Source of the DNA: Hypanus sabinus
Lineage: Eukaryota
Assembly (NCBI RefSeq): GCF_030144855.1
Contig: NC_082731.1
Span: 21,948,001 to 22,012,000, forward strand
DNA: 64,000 nt
Reading direction: 5' to 3'
The position numbers and the translations under genes are program-made. A model generated the notes under the pieces. The model had not been told where the DNA came from. It saw only the letters and a list, made by a program, of their open reading frames with translations, and searched no databases. Shown one piece after another: positions 51,620 through 63,975 of this stretch (positions are counted from its first letter, which is position 1; every line of letters begins with the position of its first letter).

Positions 51620-53340
51620 CAAACTCAAGTATCGCTCAGCATGTCAATGAGAAAACTCTTTTCGAGCTTCAAGCCAGGTAAGGGCAGAAACTTTCACCGA
51701 AGTTCGATTACAGACTCCGGCATCTTCGTAGGCAAAGATCCCAAGACACGTCTAGCCCGGTGAGTATACTTGTAATATCCTGGGGAAAATTTCACTGCTA
51801 ACGAAATGGTGTTTCTGTAGAAACTGTATTTGGGTTAAGGCTAGAGATAATGGATGCTTTGGAATGTGAGCTGAGTCATTTGTTCGACGGGAGATGATTG
51901 AGAAGACGCTGGAGATTACTGGTCGTATGGTATGACCGACTGAGGAGATCGTGATTCCATGGAGCCAGTCGCCGGATCGACTGAGGATCGCTGAATTGAG
52001 CTCCATCTAGTGCACAATGCAGTGTATAATTATAATTGACCACATTCGTCTTTCTTTTCATTTATTTTCTTTACTAACCCTTTCGTTAAGATTCCTAAAT
52101 ACTATTCCATTAATCTTATGCAGTGTGCTCCTGTTGTTACTTGCCTCTGATTTGCAACAGTGTAGCAAATTACACAGCATCTATAAACCGGATTTTGGGG
52201 TAGGAGAGCCAGCTCAAGCTCATGTGATTGGCCAGATTGGGGAGTGTATTCTCTGGACTTTCGCAGCCAAGGAAACCAGCGGGATTTCACATATATCCCG
52301 GTCTTATGTCCGTATTAATTTGTAAGTCTCCAGCCAGTCATGTATATATTGTTTTATCTTCTTATATTAGAATACCAGTCCTTACTCAAGCAAGACATTC
52401 AACATCGTTAAAATTCTTATTTTTTATCGTGTTATCTCAGTCGTTTCGTTCACCAGACGGTGTTGGAAACGATTGACGCAACACAGTAATTTTCTGGAGT
52501 TGAAGTCAATGCTATGTACTTGCGTATGCAATGTCCTGCTGTAGCTGATTTCTCCAGGTAACCCAAATAGATGCACTTCCAAATTTGTTGATAAGGTTTC
52601 CAACGTACACTACCTTTTACCAATATACGCCGCTACCCATTCGCAGCGTATATGTAAGCGCCTGCAGTCCTGAGCCACAGGTCATCTTTGGACCACCTAT
52701 TCTGCGATATGGGCTTCCGTACGAGTTTGCCGAATACATTAATCCAGAGTTTCCTTATGATAGCGGCGATACCTGAAGAAACAGAGGTAATATGGAGAAG
52801 AAAGTCAGCAGTCACTGGCTTCTCCTTGTTGTCATATTGGCCAGACAGTACTCCCGATACGAACGGTAATGAAGGAGGAGAGTTGATGTATCACTTTGTG
52901 CTACCCAGAGAAGAAGGCTGTAGGAAAACATTGCTTACGTAATTATCATAGGATGCAATTCCACGATATAATGCTTCCGTGTCCTGGCAATGGATTTGGC
53001 ACCGCCTCGTAGCTGAAGTCACTGAATTAATACAAAACTAAAGCAAAATGTTAACGAAAACGGAAATCTCCCACGAAGTAAGAAATTGACTTGATATAAA
53101 CAAGACAGGGCATCGAAACCTGATCGTTTTACGACTAAAAAAAAAAGAGGGAAGGACGACCGGAATATCGATACGACCAGACTGGACTTAACTCGGCTTC
53201 GTCTATGATGAAGTTAATCCAGGACGTAATCGACACGTCGTTTAAGATAGATACCTTTACGTGGCTAGATGCCTGTGCAGAGTTTATTCGTCAGTTTAAC
53301 CAGCAACTCACCTGTTTCTTTTCGTCGTGACTTTCAGATC
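51620..53340. mobile_element. Duplicated inverted Penelope-like pair (copy B)
   Basis: Minus-strand ORF 52633-52815 KDDLWLRTAGAYIY (GIY-like motif). The plus-strand arm starts at about 52850. Confidence 0.7.
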
Positions 53341-55026
53341 TTTGCTATGGTCCCTGAAGGTACTGCGCAGTAACTTGTCGAACAGCCCATCGGGCTGTTT
53401 TATCCACGTTATGTTTTATCCACGTTAAGTTGTCTCAGGTTCGCTAGCACCTCTTTCTCTGTAACTTTTGTAGGGTGCCAGCTCGCTACTGACTTATCTC
53501 ATTGTCCGTCTCCGGAGTAAATACAGATACAACAAAAAAAAACAATTTAAAACACCCCCTCCCATCTCTTTTGCTTCCATTCATAGATTACCAACTGACA
53601 CTAAAGAATACAAACGTTAACTTTTCAATGCATTATGTCTTAGTTTCTGTGAGGACGCCCTGAGAATTCTGCGTTCCCTGCTCTGCTGGAATAATATTTT
53701 TCTATTTTTTTGCGTCAGACCCTAATGTCCTCCCTCAGCATTAATTTGCCTTTACTATTCTTCGCATCAAACTCATCTCTCGCATGCACCTTTTTTTTTC
53801 TGAACGAGCTCCTCAATATCTCTGAAACCCGGGTGTCGCAGAAGTTGTAATCATTACTATTTATTCTAGCAAGCATATCCAAGCTTTGTACTTCAAGTAT
53901 TTCAATTTTTGTAGTCCTCCCACTTACCAAATTCACCTTTGCCAGAAACTAGCCTGTTTCACTTAACACTTGTCATACCGTCAGCAGGGGAGTTTCTCTA
54001 GTTTGACATAACACAGTCACCTGGTCTATCATTTCCCTAAATTTTCCTGGAGCTAATTGCATTACTATCACCTAGATGCGGTGTTCCCCTACTCAAACCA
54101 CTGTCAGCTGACAAGTGTCATTCCCAAAGAACTCCTTTATTTCCTTCCTCAATGTTAATGTTCGCCATCTCATTTTAATTGATCTGTTACCTGATGTGCA
54201 TTCACTCTGAACGCTAACGAATCTACTCTGCGGTCTCCTTTCAGAAGTGTAAGATCTCTACCTAGAAAGGGCAGACACATATCTAACATTCCTAATAAAT
54301 ATCATCTGCTCTGCGTTTGTTTTTAAATGGTGCTTCTATAAATTCAGTCACATATCAGTCTGAATTAAACGCACTCAGGAAAGTTTCAGAAACGAGAAAC
54401 TTCAATACTGCATTTTCCAGTAAGGAATTAGACAGGCCGGCGACAGAACGTCTCATTAACGCTGAGTTCACCAGTTTCAGAGCAGTACGATTTTCAGCTG
54501 TATGATAACTTATACTTGCGAGTCCGAAGCGGAGTTGGATTTACTTATTTCTTAACGAATATGAACAGTGAGCGGCAAATTTTGTTTGAAAGATATTGGA
54601 CATTTTGTATTTTGAAGTAGTCTCCATCCATGTAATTCTTGCATCAAACATGCAAGGAGATTCTGTTTTTCTAGATAGTGATCCAAAACGATGCACGGGA
54701 CTACTTGTCGCATTGTAATTATGCAGAATCTCCTGCCTCAAATATGCACCTACGCTGCTACGGTCAATAATTCAGCTAGACCAGGAAAACAGCTTCATCG
54801 AAAAGAAAAGAAACAGTGCAGCGTTCAGTTGTTGCTCCATAATATAGTGCACGTTTCCGCAATGGGACCAGACAAACGGTCCTATTGGTTGTTTCTGAAA
54901 CGCAGCTGCGAATCTCGACGATGTATTATTGCGCGTTTTATTCAAAAGGCACAGTAAGTGCTACTGAACGTTTATAAGAACCCCTCCGCGGTGTCGGAAA
55001 CGGATTCATCTGTAAAGTGCAAAAAA

Positions 55027-55065
55027 GTTTTTTGTGCGGGGGCCGTCGGGTTTCATCGTACTGTG
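55027..55065 (-). other. 23-RSS of the 55-kb V segment
   Basis: CACAGTA (55059-55065), 23 bp, ACAAAAAAC (55027-55035). Confidence 0.95.
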
Positions 55066-55516
55066 CGACTCAATTGCGCAGTAATACACCGCCGTGTCCC
55101 CGGCTTCGATTGGTTCGATAATAAACTGGCCGCGACGGTCTGCAGTAGAGAGATTAAATTTAAAGCGGCCGCTGTTTTCTCTCCCAGACATTGCACGCTT
55201 TATAATGTATTCCAGTTTCTGATCGGACCTCTGCCGGTACCACATCATGGAATAAATGCTTGATGTGCTATACGTGCAGTTTATCTGCACGGAATCGCCC
55301 GTCAGTGCGGTTATGTCAGACGGTGATTGTAGTACAAGTTCCGAGAAACATTGGCCTGTAAACAAAAAAAAAAATCGATCCGGATCAGGTGAACGGTGAA
55401 CTGGTATAAACATCTGTAGGTGAAACGACGCGCATGATTGCACAACATCCTTTGCACTTACCGATTAACAGGGCGAGACAAAGATTCAATAGATTCAACC
55501 TCTCAAAGTTGAACAT
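55066..55516 (-). CDS. TRAV: T-cell receptor alpha-type variable segment, apparently intact
   Basis: Leader 55516-55462 MFNFERLNLLNLCLALLI with G|GTAAGT. Acceptor tttacag| at 55356. Exon 55355-55066: (G)QCFSELVLQSPSDITALTGDSVQINCTYSTSSIYSMMWYRQRSDQKLEYIIKRAMSGRENSGRFKFNLSTADRRGQFIIEPIEAGDTAVYYCAIES. Symbol is family-level only. Confidence 0.94.
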
Positions 55517-55760
55517 TTTGGTAAGTACAGCCATTCGGAGTAATCGGCAGCCTCAGAGTGAACTTATTGAGGCAATTATGCCAGCTTTGGAACGGGTGAC
55601 GGCTCAGTGGAATATTTGATTACTGCTCAGGGATTGGTTGTAAATATTCAATGTTGGCCGTGACGTAGACATCGTAGTGCCCCGGTGTGGGCGTGGTCAA
55701 ATGATCAAGCATGTTTTGTAATGCAGAAAGACACATACATAACATACTGATCGACTACTG
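55517..55760 (-). promoter_or_regulatory. Putative V promoter region
   Basis: Lies immediately upstream of the ATG. CCAAT at 55633-55637 (also at 45685-45689 in the paralog) and a CRE-like gTGACGTag at about 55660. Similarity among copies may simply reflect duplication. Confidence 0.3.
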
Positions 55761-55929
55761 TACTGTCAAAATCTGGTACTGTAGACGTAGCAAGGCTTCG
55801 GAAATACACCTAAATGAATTGAAATCAATTGCCTGTATTGCTTACCTTATTTATATACATGAAGAGTAAAATTAATATGTTTCTTCTACGGCGATGTGCA
55901 ATTATTCTAATTTATAATTATTATTACGT

Positions 55930-57940
55930 AGAACAGAATGGTCAATATAACATAGAAATTCAGCTGCGTCAGCTTGAATTAAGCTGTCTGATCCCTGGTG
56001 GGGAAAAAAAAAGCTGCACCAGCTTGCTGGTATTGCAAGGTGGCGTTCGGAGCGGGCACAAATAAAAGGCACAGACACTGATATACTAAGAGCTTGACAA
56101 AGTTCAACAGGAATGCAAGGGAATTCGGGTCACAAAGATTGTTAAGAGGGAAATTCAGGAAACAGCAAAGCAGAAGCGCGAAGAAACGAAGCTGGATACG
56201 GACAAAGGCCCTGGACAAGACTGGGGCAGAGTGACTGGGTTCGGACTTGGATGTGGAACACGGCACCTGGTCGTTGAACATGGAACTAGAGGACTGGACT
56301 AGGACTCAAAACAGGAGTCTGGAGAGCGATTCGTAACGTCGTTCTTTTCTTGGACAAGGAATCAGGGTCTGGGCTATATCTCGGAACCGGGTTCTAAACT
56401 CAAACTCGGGAGTAAGATCTTGGCCAGGACTAGCGACTTGGATTGGAATTGATACTCGACGGGGACTTGTATTAGATCTGACACTCGAACGAGACTTGGA
56501 TCCGACTTGACACTCTGGGAACACGGAGACTTATATAGGACAGGACTGTAACATGGAGCCTTGACTCGGACTGTAAGGGAACACGAAGCATACACTTGCA
56601 CTGGCAACACGTAAAATAGAGCCGAGAACCCTCCTTGGATAGGGGACATGGGGTTGGGATTCCTCTTAGACACGGAAAGCAGAGCCAGGACACTTCCTTG
56701 CGTACAGAACATATGGTGGGCCTCTTCTTATACACAGAACACAAAACAGGAAAAGACACATCTCCTGCTCTAGGTAGTGGAAATCGGCCAGACCTATCTA
56801 ACGAAAGCCAGGAGACAAAGAGCCAAGACAATACAGTGTTCCTTATCTTGCCGCGACAAGGCTCCAGTCTCGCGCTGGCGCGTTAACTTGACGGGGATTC
56901 TGACGAAGTCGCAGAGGAGGTTAATGACAAGGTTACTCACCGGGTCCGGACTAGATCGGTCCAACTTCCTCACCGTCCCTCGAACTATTTATGTTGCCGA
57001 CCGGAAACGAAAATCAGTTAGTCTCAATTAAGCCATCTTATGGAGAAAGGGTAAAACGGATTAACCGGAGTAAGAGAATCACGGACTGGACCCACAACCG
57101 GAGAGCGGATTCAGGAACAAGACCTTGACGGTTGGCCCTGGCTTTTATTTGGCGGTAGCGTTTCCCGGATGGTAGCAGCTGGAACAGTTTATAGCTGGGA
57201 TGACCCAAATAATTAATGATCCTTCTAGCCGTTTATACATAACTGTCTTTGTAAATATCCTTAATATTGGGAAGTCCACATTTTACAAAGTGCTGGGCTG
57301 TCCGTACCACTCTCTGCAGAAGATGCGATTGAGGAAATTACAGTTCCCATTCCAAGCTCTGATGCAGCCAGTTAGGATTGCCTGAGTTGTGCCCATATAG
57401 AAAGTTCTCACAACTTGGAGGGGGCCTCATACCAAACGTCTTACACATTTTGAAGTGAAACAGGAACTGCTGTGCCTTTTCACCACTTAACCAATCTGTA
57501 CTGATAAGGCGAGGTCACAGCACTGCGACTTATTTCAAAGCACTGAGGTGCAAGTTCCTTGAGGGTCTGTGGGGCAGAGGTGATGGAGCCCTCTATTACG
57601 ACATGCCGGCTTTCTGAGAGCTAGTCCAGGATCCTGCAACTCAAAGCAGAGTGAAGGCCGACGTGCCCGAGCTTCATGTCGGGCCTGGAGAGAATAAATG
57701 GTACTGAATGCTGAAATGTAGTCCAAGATCAGCATTGTCACTCAGGTCTCCCTAGTCTACAGCTGTGTTCAGACTGTTTCTGGATATTTTTTTCAGTGTT
57801 TTGTCTATCGATCGGTTCTGTCGGTTGGCAAATTGTAAGGGGTTGACTGGGTAGTATGCTGCAGAAGTAGTCTTTGAGCAGCGTCTCACAGCAATTTATT
57901 ATTATTGAGGTGAGTGCGACAGGACAGCAATTGTTCAGAT
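55930..57940 (-). mobile_element. Rex1/Babar-like LINE 3' part with nested solo LTR, copy 1
   Basis: Decayed RT/3' sequence (tgctgaaatgtagtcc, atgttgatcttgg-like segments; cccggatggtagcagctggaacagttt). Homologous to 58600-60370. Confidence 0.75.
56031..57130. mobile_element. Solo LTR nested in Rex1, copy 1
   Basis: Termini tattgc...ccttgacg (decayed TGT...ACA) with flanks gctgg and gttgg (5-bp TSD). Confidence 0.7.
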
Positions 57941-58178
57941 GTGTGCCGTAGGATCAGTTCATCTGCAGGGAATCGCCCTTCATTGCGGTCATGCCAGACA
58001 GAGACCGTATGACAAGTTCCGAGAGACAAAAAAAAATCGTACTGGCTCAGGTGAACGGTGAAATGGTATAAAGAACTGTAGCTGAAACGACCAGCATGAT
58101 TGTACAACATCATTTGCATTTACAATTTACCAGAGCGAGGCAGAGATTAATTAGATCCCACCTCTCCGAGCTGATCGT
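57941..58178 (-). pseudogene. Truncated V half-gene (leader plus FR1 only), same family as the 45/55-kb Vs
   Basis: Start codon ACG (58178), acceptor AG deleted, SELVIRSLSGMTAMKGDSLQMN*SYGT with Cys1 mutated to TGA (57954-57956), then a direct join to Rex1 sequence at about 57940. Confidence 0.88.
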
Positions 58179-58701
58179 TTTGATAAGTACCGCCTTTTGG
58201 AGTAATCGGTAGCCTCACTTTGATCTTTTTGAGGCAATCATTCCAGCACTAGAACGATTAACAGCTCACTAGAAGATTCCATTACTGCTCAGAGATTAGC
58301 TGTAAATATTCAATGTTGGCCAATGAACTACAGATCGCATTACCCCTACCTGGGAGTGGTCAAATGATGAAGTATGTTTTTGAATTCATAAAGACACAGA
58401 CATAAATAATTGATCAGCTACCATACTGACAGAATTTGGTTCTCTGTAGACGTTACAATGCTTCAGAAACGCACTTAATAAAATGAAATTAATTGTCTTA
58501 ATTGCGTACGTTTTTAATGTATATAAGCATTAAAAACCTTTACGCTCCTTCTACCGCTCAATGCGCAATATGCAATTATTGCAATTGATAATTAATATTC
58601 CGTACAATAGAATGTCAACATAACGTAGAAATTCAGCTGCATCAGCATGAATTAAGCAGCCTGATGACCTGGTGGAAAAAAGCTGTCCCGGAGCCTGATG
58701 G

Positions 58702-59889
58702 TGTGAAAGGATGCGTTGGGAGAGGAAAAGAATGCAAAACACAGACATTCATGTAATTGGGGCTAGTCGCAGTTTATTAAGAATGAAAGTGAGTACGGGT
58801 CGCAAGGATTGATTTGAGAGAAATTCAGGAGAGAGCTACGAAGAAGCGCGAGGAGACGAAGCTGGTCACGGAGACAGGCACTGAACTAAAGTGGGACACA
58901 AGGCCTGGACTAGGACTTGGATTTGTAATACGGTACACGGTCGGGTTCCTTGGAACGAGGGGCCTGGACTAGGACTCCGAACCAGAGTCTGGACAGGGTC
59001 TCTGAACGTCGGTCTTGACTGGGACTCGGAACATTACTCGTGTCTCGGACTCGGAACCTGGGTCTTATCTATGACTCCGAAAATGGGTGTGGGCTATGAC
59101 TCAGGTTTGGGATCTTAGCCAGGTCTTGGTTCTTGGATTGGACTTGACATTCGACGGGGACTGGGAACACGAAGCATTGACTACGACTGGAATGGAACAC
59201 AAAGCCTTGTCTCGGACTGGAATGGAACATGAATCCTTAACTCGGAGTGGAATGGAACACGAAGCCCTGACTCGGACTGGAATGGAAATGAATCCTTAAC
59301 TTGGAGTGGAATGGAACACGAACCCTTGACTCGGAGTGGACTGGAATGAAACACGAAGCGTAGACTCGGACTTGGAACACGGAACACAGAGCCGGGACCA
59401 TTCCTTAGATACAGGACATGGGGCTGTGACTCCTCCGAGACGGAACACAGAGCTTGGGCCCCTCATTGCTTACAGGACATAGGGCAAGGATTCCTCTTCT
59501 ACACGGAACACTGAACACAACGTGACAGACTTCGACCTAAGGTACTGGCAATCTTACGCATCGGAGGGAAGCACACAAATAGAAAAGACCTCACTACGAT
59601 AGACTGTTCCTTATCTTGAAGCGACAAGTCTCCAGTCTCACTCCAGCAGGTTAACTTGCTGGTGTGTCAGACAAAGTCTCAGACGAGGTTGAAGAATAGG
59701 TAACTCACGGGTTCGGACTGGTACGGTACAACAGTCGCACTTTCTCCAGAGCTATTTATGTTGCTAGCCCAAAACAAGAAGCAGGTTGCACAATTAAGGT
59801 ACACAACAGATCAACGGGAAAAAAGGCTGTACAGAATCCATGCCCTGGACCGTGAACCGAAAGCGGTCTTCACGGACTAGACCGTGACA
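58702..59889. mobile_element. Solo LTR nested in Rex1, copy 2 (1188 bp)
   Basis: TGTGAAAGG...CCGTGACA termini with gatgg and gttgg flanks, at the same site as copy 1. Confidence 0.8.
59160..59385 (+). repeat. About 30-bp minisatellite inside the LTR
   Basis: About 7 contiguous units of consensus actggaatggaacacgaagccttgactcgg. Confidence 0.85.
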
Positions 59890-61300
59890 GTTGGTCCTGG
59901 CTTTTATATGGTGGTAGAGTTTCGTGGATGGCATCAGCTGGAATAGTTTGTAGTTGGCGGACTAGGGCCTCGAATGATCTTTCGTGCCCTTTGTACACAC
60001 CTGTCTTTGTAAATATCCTGAATATTGGTAAGTCCACCTCTATAAATGTGAGAGATGTCAGCATCACTCTCTGCAGAGTCCTGTGATTCAGGGAAGTACA
60101 ATTTCCATGCCACGAAGTTATGCGGCCAGTCAGGATGTTCTCAGTGATGCCCCTATAGAAGGTTCTCACAATTTGAAGGGGTCCGCTTCTGAAACATTTT
60201 GCCGTGAAAGAGGAGTTGTTGTGCCCTTTTCACCACACAACTAATATGTACTGATCACGGGAGGGGTTGACTGTGGGTGGCAGTATGCTGCAGATGTTGT
60301 CCATGACCAGGGTCGCAAAGCATTTTCTTATTATTGAGGTGTTTGCGACAGGACGCCAATTGTTCAGATATGTTGCCTCGGTGATTTTAGGTACATGGGC
60401 ATAGCTAAATAATTTGAAACAGGAGGGTACTCAACAATGGGAGAGGGAGGAATTAAAAATTTTGTAAACCCACGTGCCAGTTGTGACGCGCACATCCTTA
60501 TTACTCGCTCTGGGATGCCATTCCGTCACGCGGCCTTGCGACTGTCCACCCGCTGGAAACAACTGCACACTTCGGCTTCAGAGTTGACTAATCTGCTGGT
60601 TGCATCATCTGTAAATTCTCTCAGTGGCTCAGTATTGTCGACACCGAAACGAACACAAAATGATTTAGTTTGTCTGGGAGAGTGTAATCGATGTTAGAAA
60701 CCCCACTGCGTTGAGATTCGAAATCGGCGATGAGTGTTAAGAACTTGCCATAATCTGCTTGTGCTGTTGGTTGAAAGTAGAATCTAAATCCTGTCTCTCT
60801 AAAGTTGTTTTGCTGCCTTGATGACTTTGCACAGATCGTAGCTGTATTTCTCGAGTTCCTGTTGATTACGGGCAACGTAACCTCTGCGTCGTGCGCTTAA
60901 GTGCTACTCGTATGGAACTGTTCATCCAGGATTTATGATTTTAAAGATCCTGACCGATTGCATGGGGACAACAGCTACGATGCCTTTTCGAAATGAAACT
61001 CTTAACCCTATCCGTGAAGTCGGAGACAGACTCATCATGAACGGAATTCAGGTCTAGATGTTGGAGGCTATTACAAGCGATGATCGAGGAGGTTGTTCTG
61101 CAAAGAGAGATACCTTGCTGGAAAGAATAGACGTGGGTGATTTCTGAAGTTATGATAAAGAACTGATATATCAACACTCGAATAAACCGTGACTAGATGG
61201 AAGCAGATCAGACTTCCTGCATTTTAATGTGCCAGCATGTTTATTACAAACATTGTGGGACAAATGACCTGTTCTTCTGCTGCATTGTTCGAGGTAGATA

Positions 61301-62216
61301 CAGTGGCATGCAAAGATTTGGGAACCCCTGTTCAAATTGTCTCTTACTGCAAAATCCAGCATTAAAAGTTTGTAATGGAACATCTAAACAGTCCTGGTGC
61401 ATTATAAAAACATGTCCCGTGGACTACCGAAGTTAAATTAGAACGTAGTGGCCGCAAGGGGCAGAGGTAAGTTCGGAGAAAAAAGGGTGCAGCATTTCAT
61501 ACAAATAGCACCCCTCCAACTGTTAAGCACGGGGGTGGATCGATGATGCGTTGGGCTTGTGTTGCAGCCTGTTGCACGGGGAACATTTACCTGGTAGAGA
61601 GAAGAATGAATTCATTTAAATACTAGCAAATTCAGGAAGCAAACATGACACTGTCTGCAGAAAACAGAAGATGCAAAGTGGATGGCTTCTTCAAAAAGAA
61701 AACAATGACCGTAAGTACACCTCTAAATACACAAAGGACTGCATCAAGAGGCGTAAGCTTAAGTTTTTGACATGGCCTTCACAGTCACCCAAACTAAACA
61801 TCAACGAGGATGTGTGGATAGACCTCAAAAGAGTAGTGCACGCAAGACGGCCCGATAGACTTACAGAACTCGAAGTCTTTTGCAAGAAAGGATAGTCGTA
61901 AATTACGCAAACAACGATTGATGGACTCTCAGTTAAATACACAAGACGTTTAAAAGCTGTCATACTTGCCAAAGGGGGTTTAACTAAGTACTGACCATGG
62001 AGGGTGTCCAAACTTTTGCTCCGGGCCCACTTCCATTTTTGTTATTTTGAAACTCTAAAAGATGGAAATTAAAACAGTGATCGTACTTTAAATAATAAAG
62101 AAATGTTTCACCTTTAACTTTATGCCTTTTGGAAATCATGTCATCTTTCAGTCGTTTAGCTATTCACAGGAGCAGAAATTTTGACCACGGGGTGCCCAAA
62201 CTTTTACATCCCACTG
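61301..62216 (+). mobile_element. Tc1/mariner internal-deletion derivative (916 bp)
   Basis: TA|CAGTGGCATGCAAAGATTTGGGAACCCC left TIR and GGGGTGCCCAAACTTTTACATCCCACTG|TA right TIR. Transposase remnants TVKHGGGSMM, ENNDRKYTSK and WPSQSPKLNINEDVW. Confidence 0.92.
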
Positions 62217-62814
62217 TATCTAGCGTTACCTATGTGAATTGCCGAAAATGCCTTCTTCAGCTAAAGATCAAGCAAGAATATGACATAGTTAAAGATGACC
62301 AATAAATTACATAAACTGATGACAGAATGAAACAAAGTGCAAAAGCTCGGAAACGCACGCCAGGATAATGACTTCAGTTTTTGCAGTTTTATTTATTATC
62401 TCTCTTCTTTGTTGTGTCGAACTGAGGTCAATGCAGCCTACAGGGAGAAAATGGGAAATTGCAAATAAGCTTTTGGAAAAAAAAAAAGTGATACTTTCAG
62501 TTGAAGATACTCAGACACGCAGGTCTGATTTGTCCATTTCCTGCTTTGAAGACACGCACGTTTGTAATTTTCCATTCTTCTGAGACCTTTCAGTTCTGCC
62601 GGTTGCTCAGAGATTGTGAAAACAGATAAGAATAATTCTTCTGATTCCGGTGCGTTGTTCAGAACTCTTGAACAGGACAATATGCATTTTATGCTGTGAA
62701 GTTCAATGCTGTGGGAGAACGTGAATGTGTAAATCCATCACTTCATCTGGCATTCATTGTCCAGGTATAGTTTTAAATTGTGGGATTTGATGCTATCAAA
62801 GAAGAAGGTAAGAG

Positions 62815-62817
<3 letters not shown>

Positions 62818-62895
<78 letters not shown>
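62818..62895 (+). repeat. (GT)n microsatellite
   Basis: Uninterrupted GT run. Confidence 0.99.
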
Positions 62896-62896
<1 letters not shown>

Positions 62897-63164
62897 CCTC
62901 CGTGAGGGTGGGAGAGAAAGATATTCATGTATTCATCTCGCGCTGTGTCGTCAACAAAAATATGCAATTTAGCAACGTTTGAGGCACTTGGAATGAATTA
63001 AAGCATTTCCAGTTAATACAGTTCATGTTTGTTTTCCTCTGTTTGATAAGGCAGCACAGATGTAAAACAACATTCCTTTGACTTGCAGGCTATTTTCAAT
63101 GCGGCCGGCTGGAAACTGGGAACATGTCACATAAGTTGCTGGAGGAGCGGAGTAAAGATGGCGC

Positions 63165-63975
63165 TAAACGGCAAGTCATTTGTTTTCATGTTCGTAAGCA
63201 GTTCTATTTTCATCATTAATATCTTTCTTTTCCCTAGCAAGGTTCTTTTTCAAAACATAACCTGGAGTAATAGGCTGACTTCGTTCTTATCGGGAAAGCG
63301 ACACGCTCTCGGGGTTTCACAGCCGGCCTTATGTCGGCACGCCAAGGGCTCGGTCTAAGGGTCTGGCTTGCATATGGAAGCAGAGGACCTCGGGGCTCTG
63401 GAAACGGGCCGATCTGGGGTGTGTGTCCTGGCAGGAGAATCGTGTGTCGCCGGGGTTATTCGGTTTATCTGCGGTTTTGTGTCCAAAGTCTTAACTTTGA
63501 AGACAGAGGTCGAAAAAAAAACGACGTAGATGACTATTAATATTGTAAATCAGAGAATTATTTGTTATGTCTCCACGCTCGATGGGAAAACAAAGACACC
63601 TCCGTCTCTCTTATTCATGAGAGACAGATCCTGTGGTATGTCGTGTACCGGTTGAAACGCGATGTCTTTGGGGTAACTGCCAGTATTGTCTATACTTGTC
63701 TATAATATACTGGTCGATGTCCATAGTATTGCCTTGCTCACGCTTGAGTGTTCGGTGGCGGGTGTCGATTCTTTCTATGTGCCCGGTGGCGGAAGGGGGA
63801 ATTATTGCTTGCTGCCGCCTATGGGCCAAAGGGAGAGCAGCTGGTGGGATTTGTCGTTTCTAACATCTATCTGTCAGTCGTTCTTAGGGGCGCTTCTCTG
63901 TTTTCCTGGAAGAAAAAAAATATTATTACCCGGCTACTTCTCTGTTACCATTCTGATCTGCTTTGTTGCATTGTA
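63165..63975 (+). repeat. Unclassified interspersed repeat
   Basis: Starts aaagatggcgctaaacggc and has a GC-rich middle; resembles a repeat common in ray genomes. Recognised from memory only. Confidence 0.35.

Larger units (their letters stand above)
49765..55950. repeat. Segmental duplication copy B (paralog of 34540-45950)
   Basis: Same order of CR1 fragments, inverted Penelope pair, solo LTR (51771-52291), V gene and upstream region as copy A, without the A-specific insertions. Confidence 0.85.
58600..61150 (-). mobile_element. Rex1/Babar-like LINE with nested solo LTR, copy 2 (longer)
   Basis: FYRGITENILTGRITSWHGNC (59870-60169), YLNNWRPVANTSIIRKCF at about 60320-60375, and LPDKLNHF (60621-60875). 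Confidence 0.85.

Noticed and set aside
59160-59385. Regular 30-bp repeats as a CRISPR array or repeat protein
   Set aside because: Units are contiguous with no unique spacers, lie inside an LTR in vertebrate DNA, and no cas genes are present.
62376-62416. GCAAAAACT nonamer with CACAACA heptamer, and an upstream KAYLQ
   Set aside because: The spacer is 25 bp and there is no YYC or W motif.
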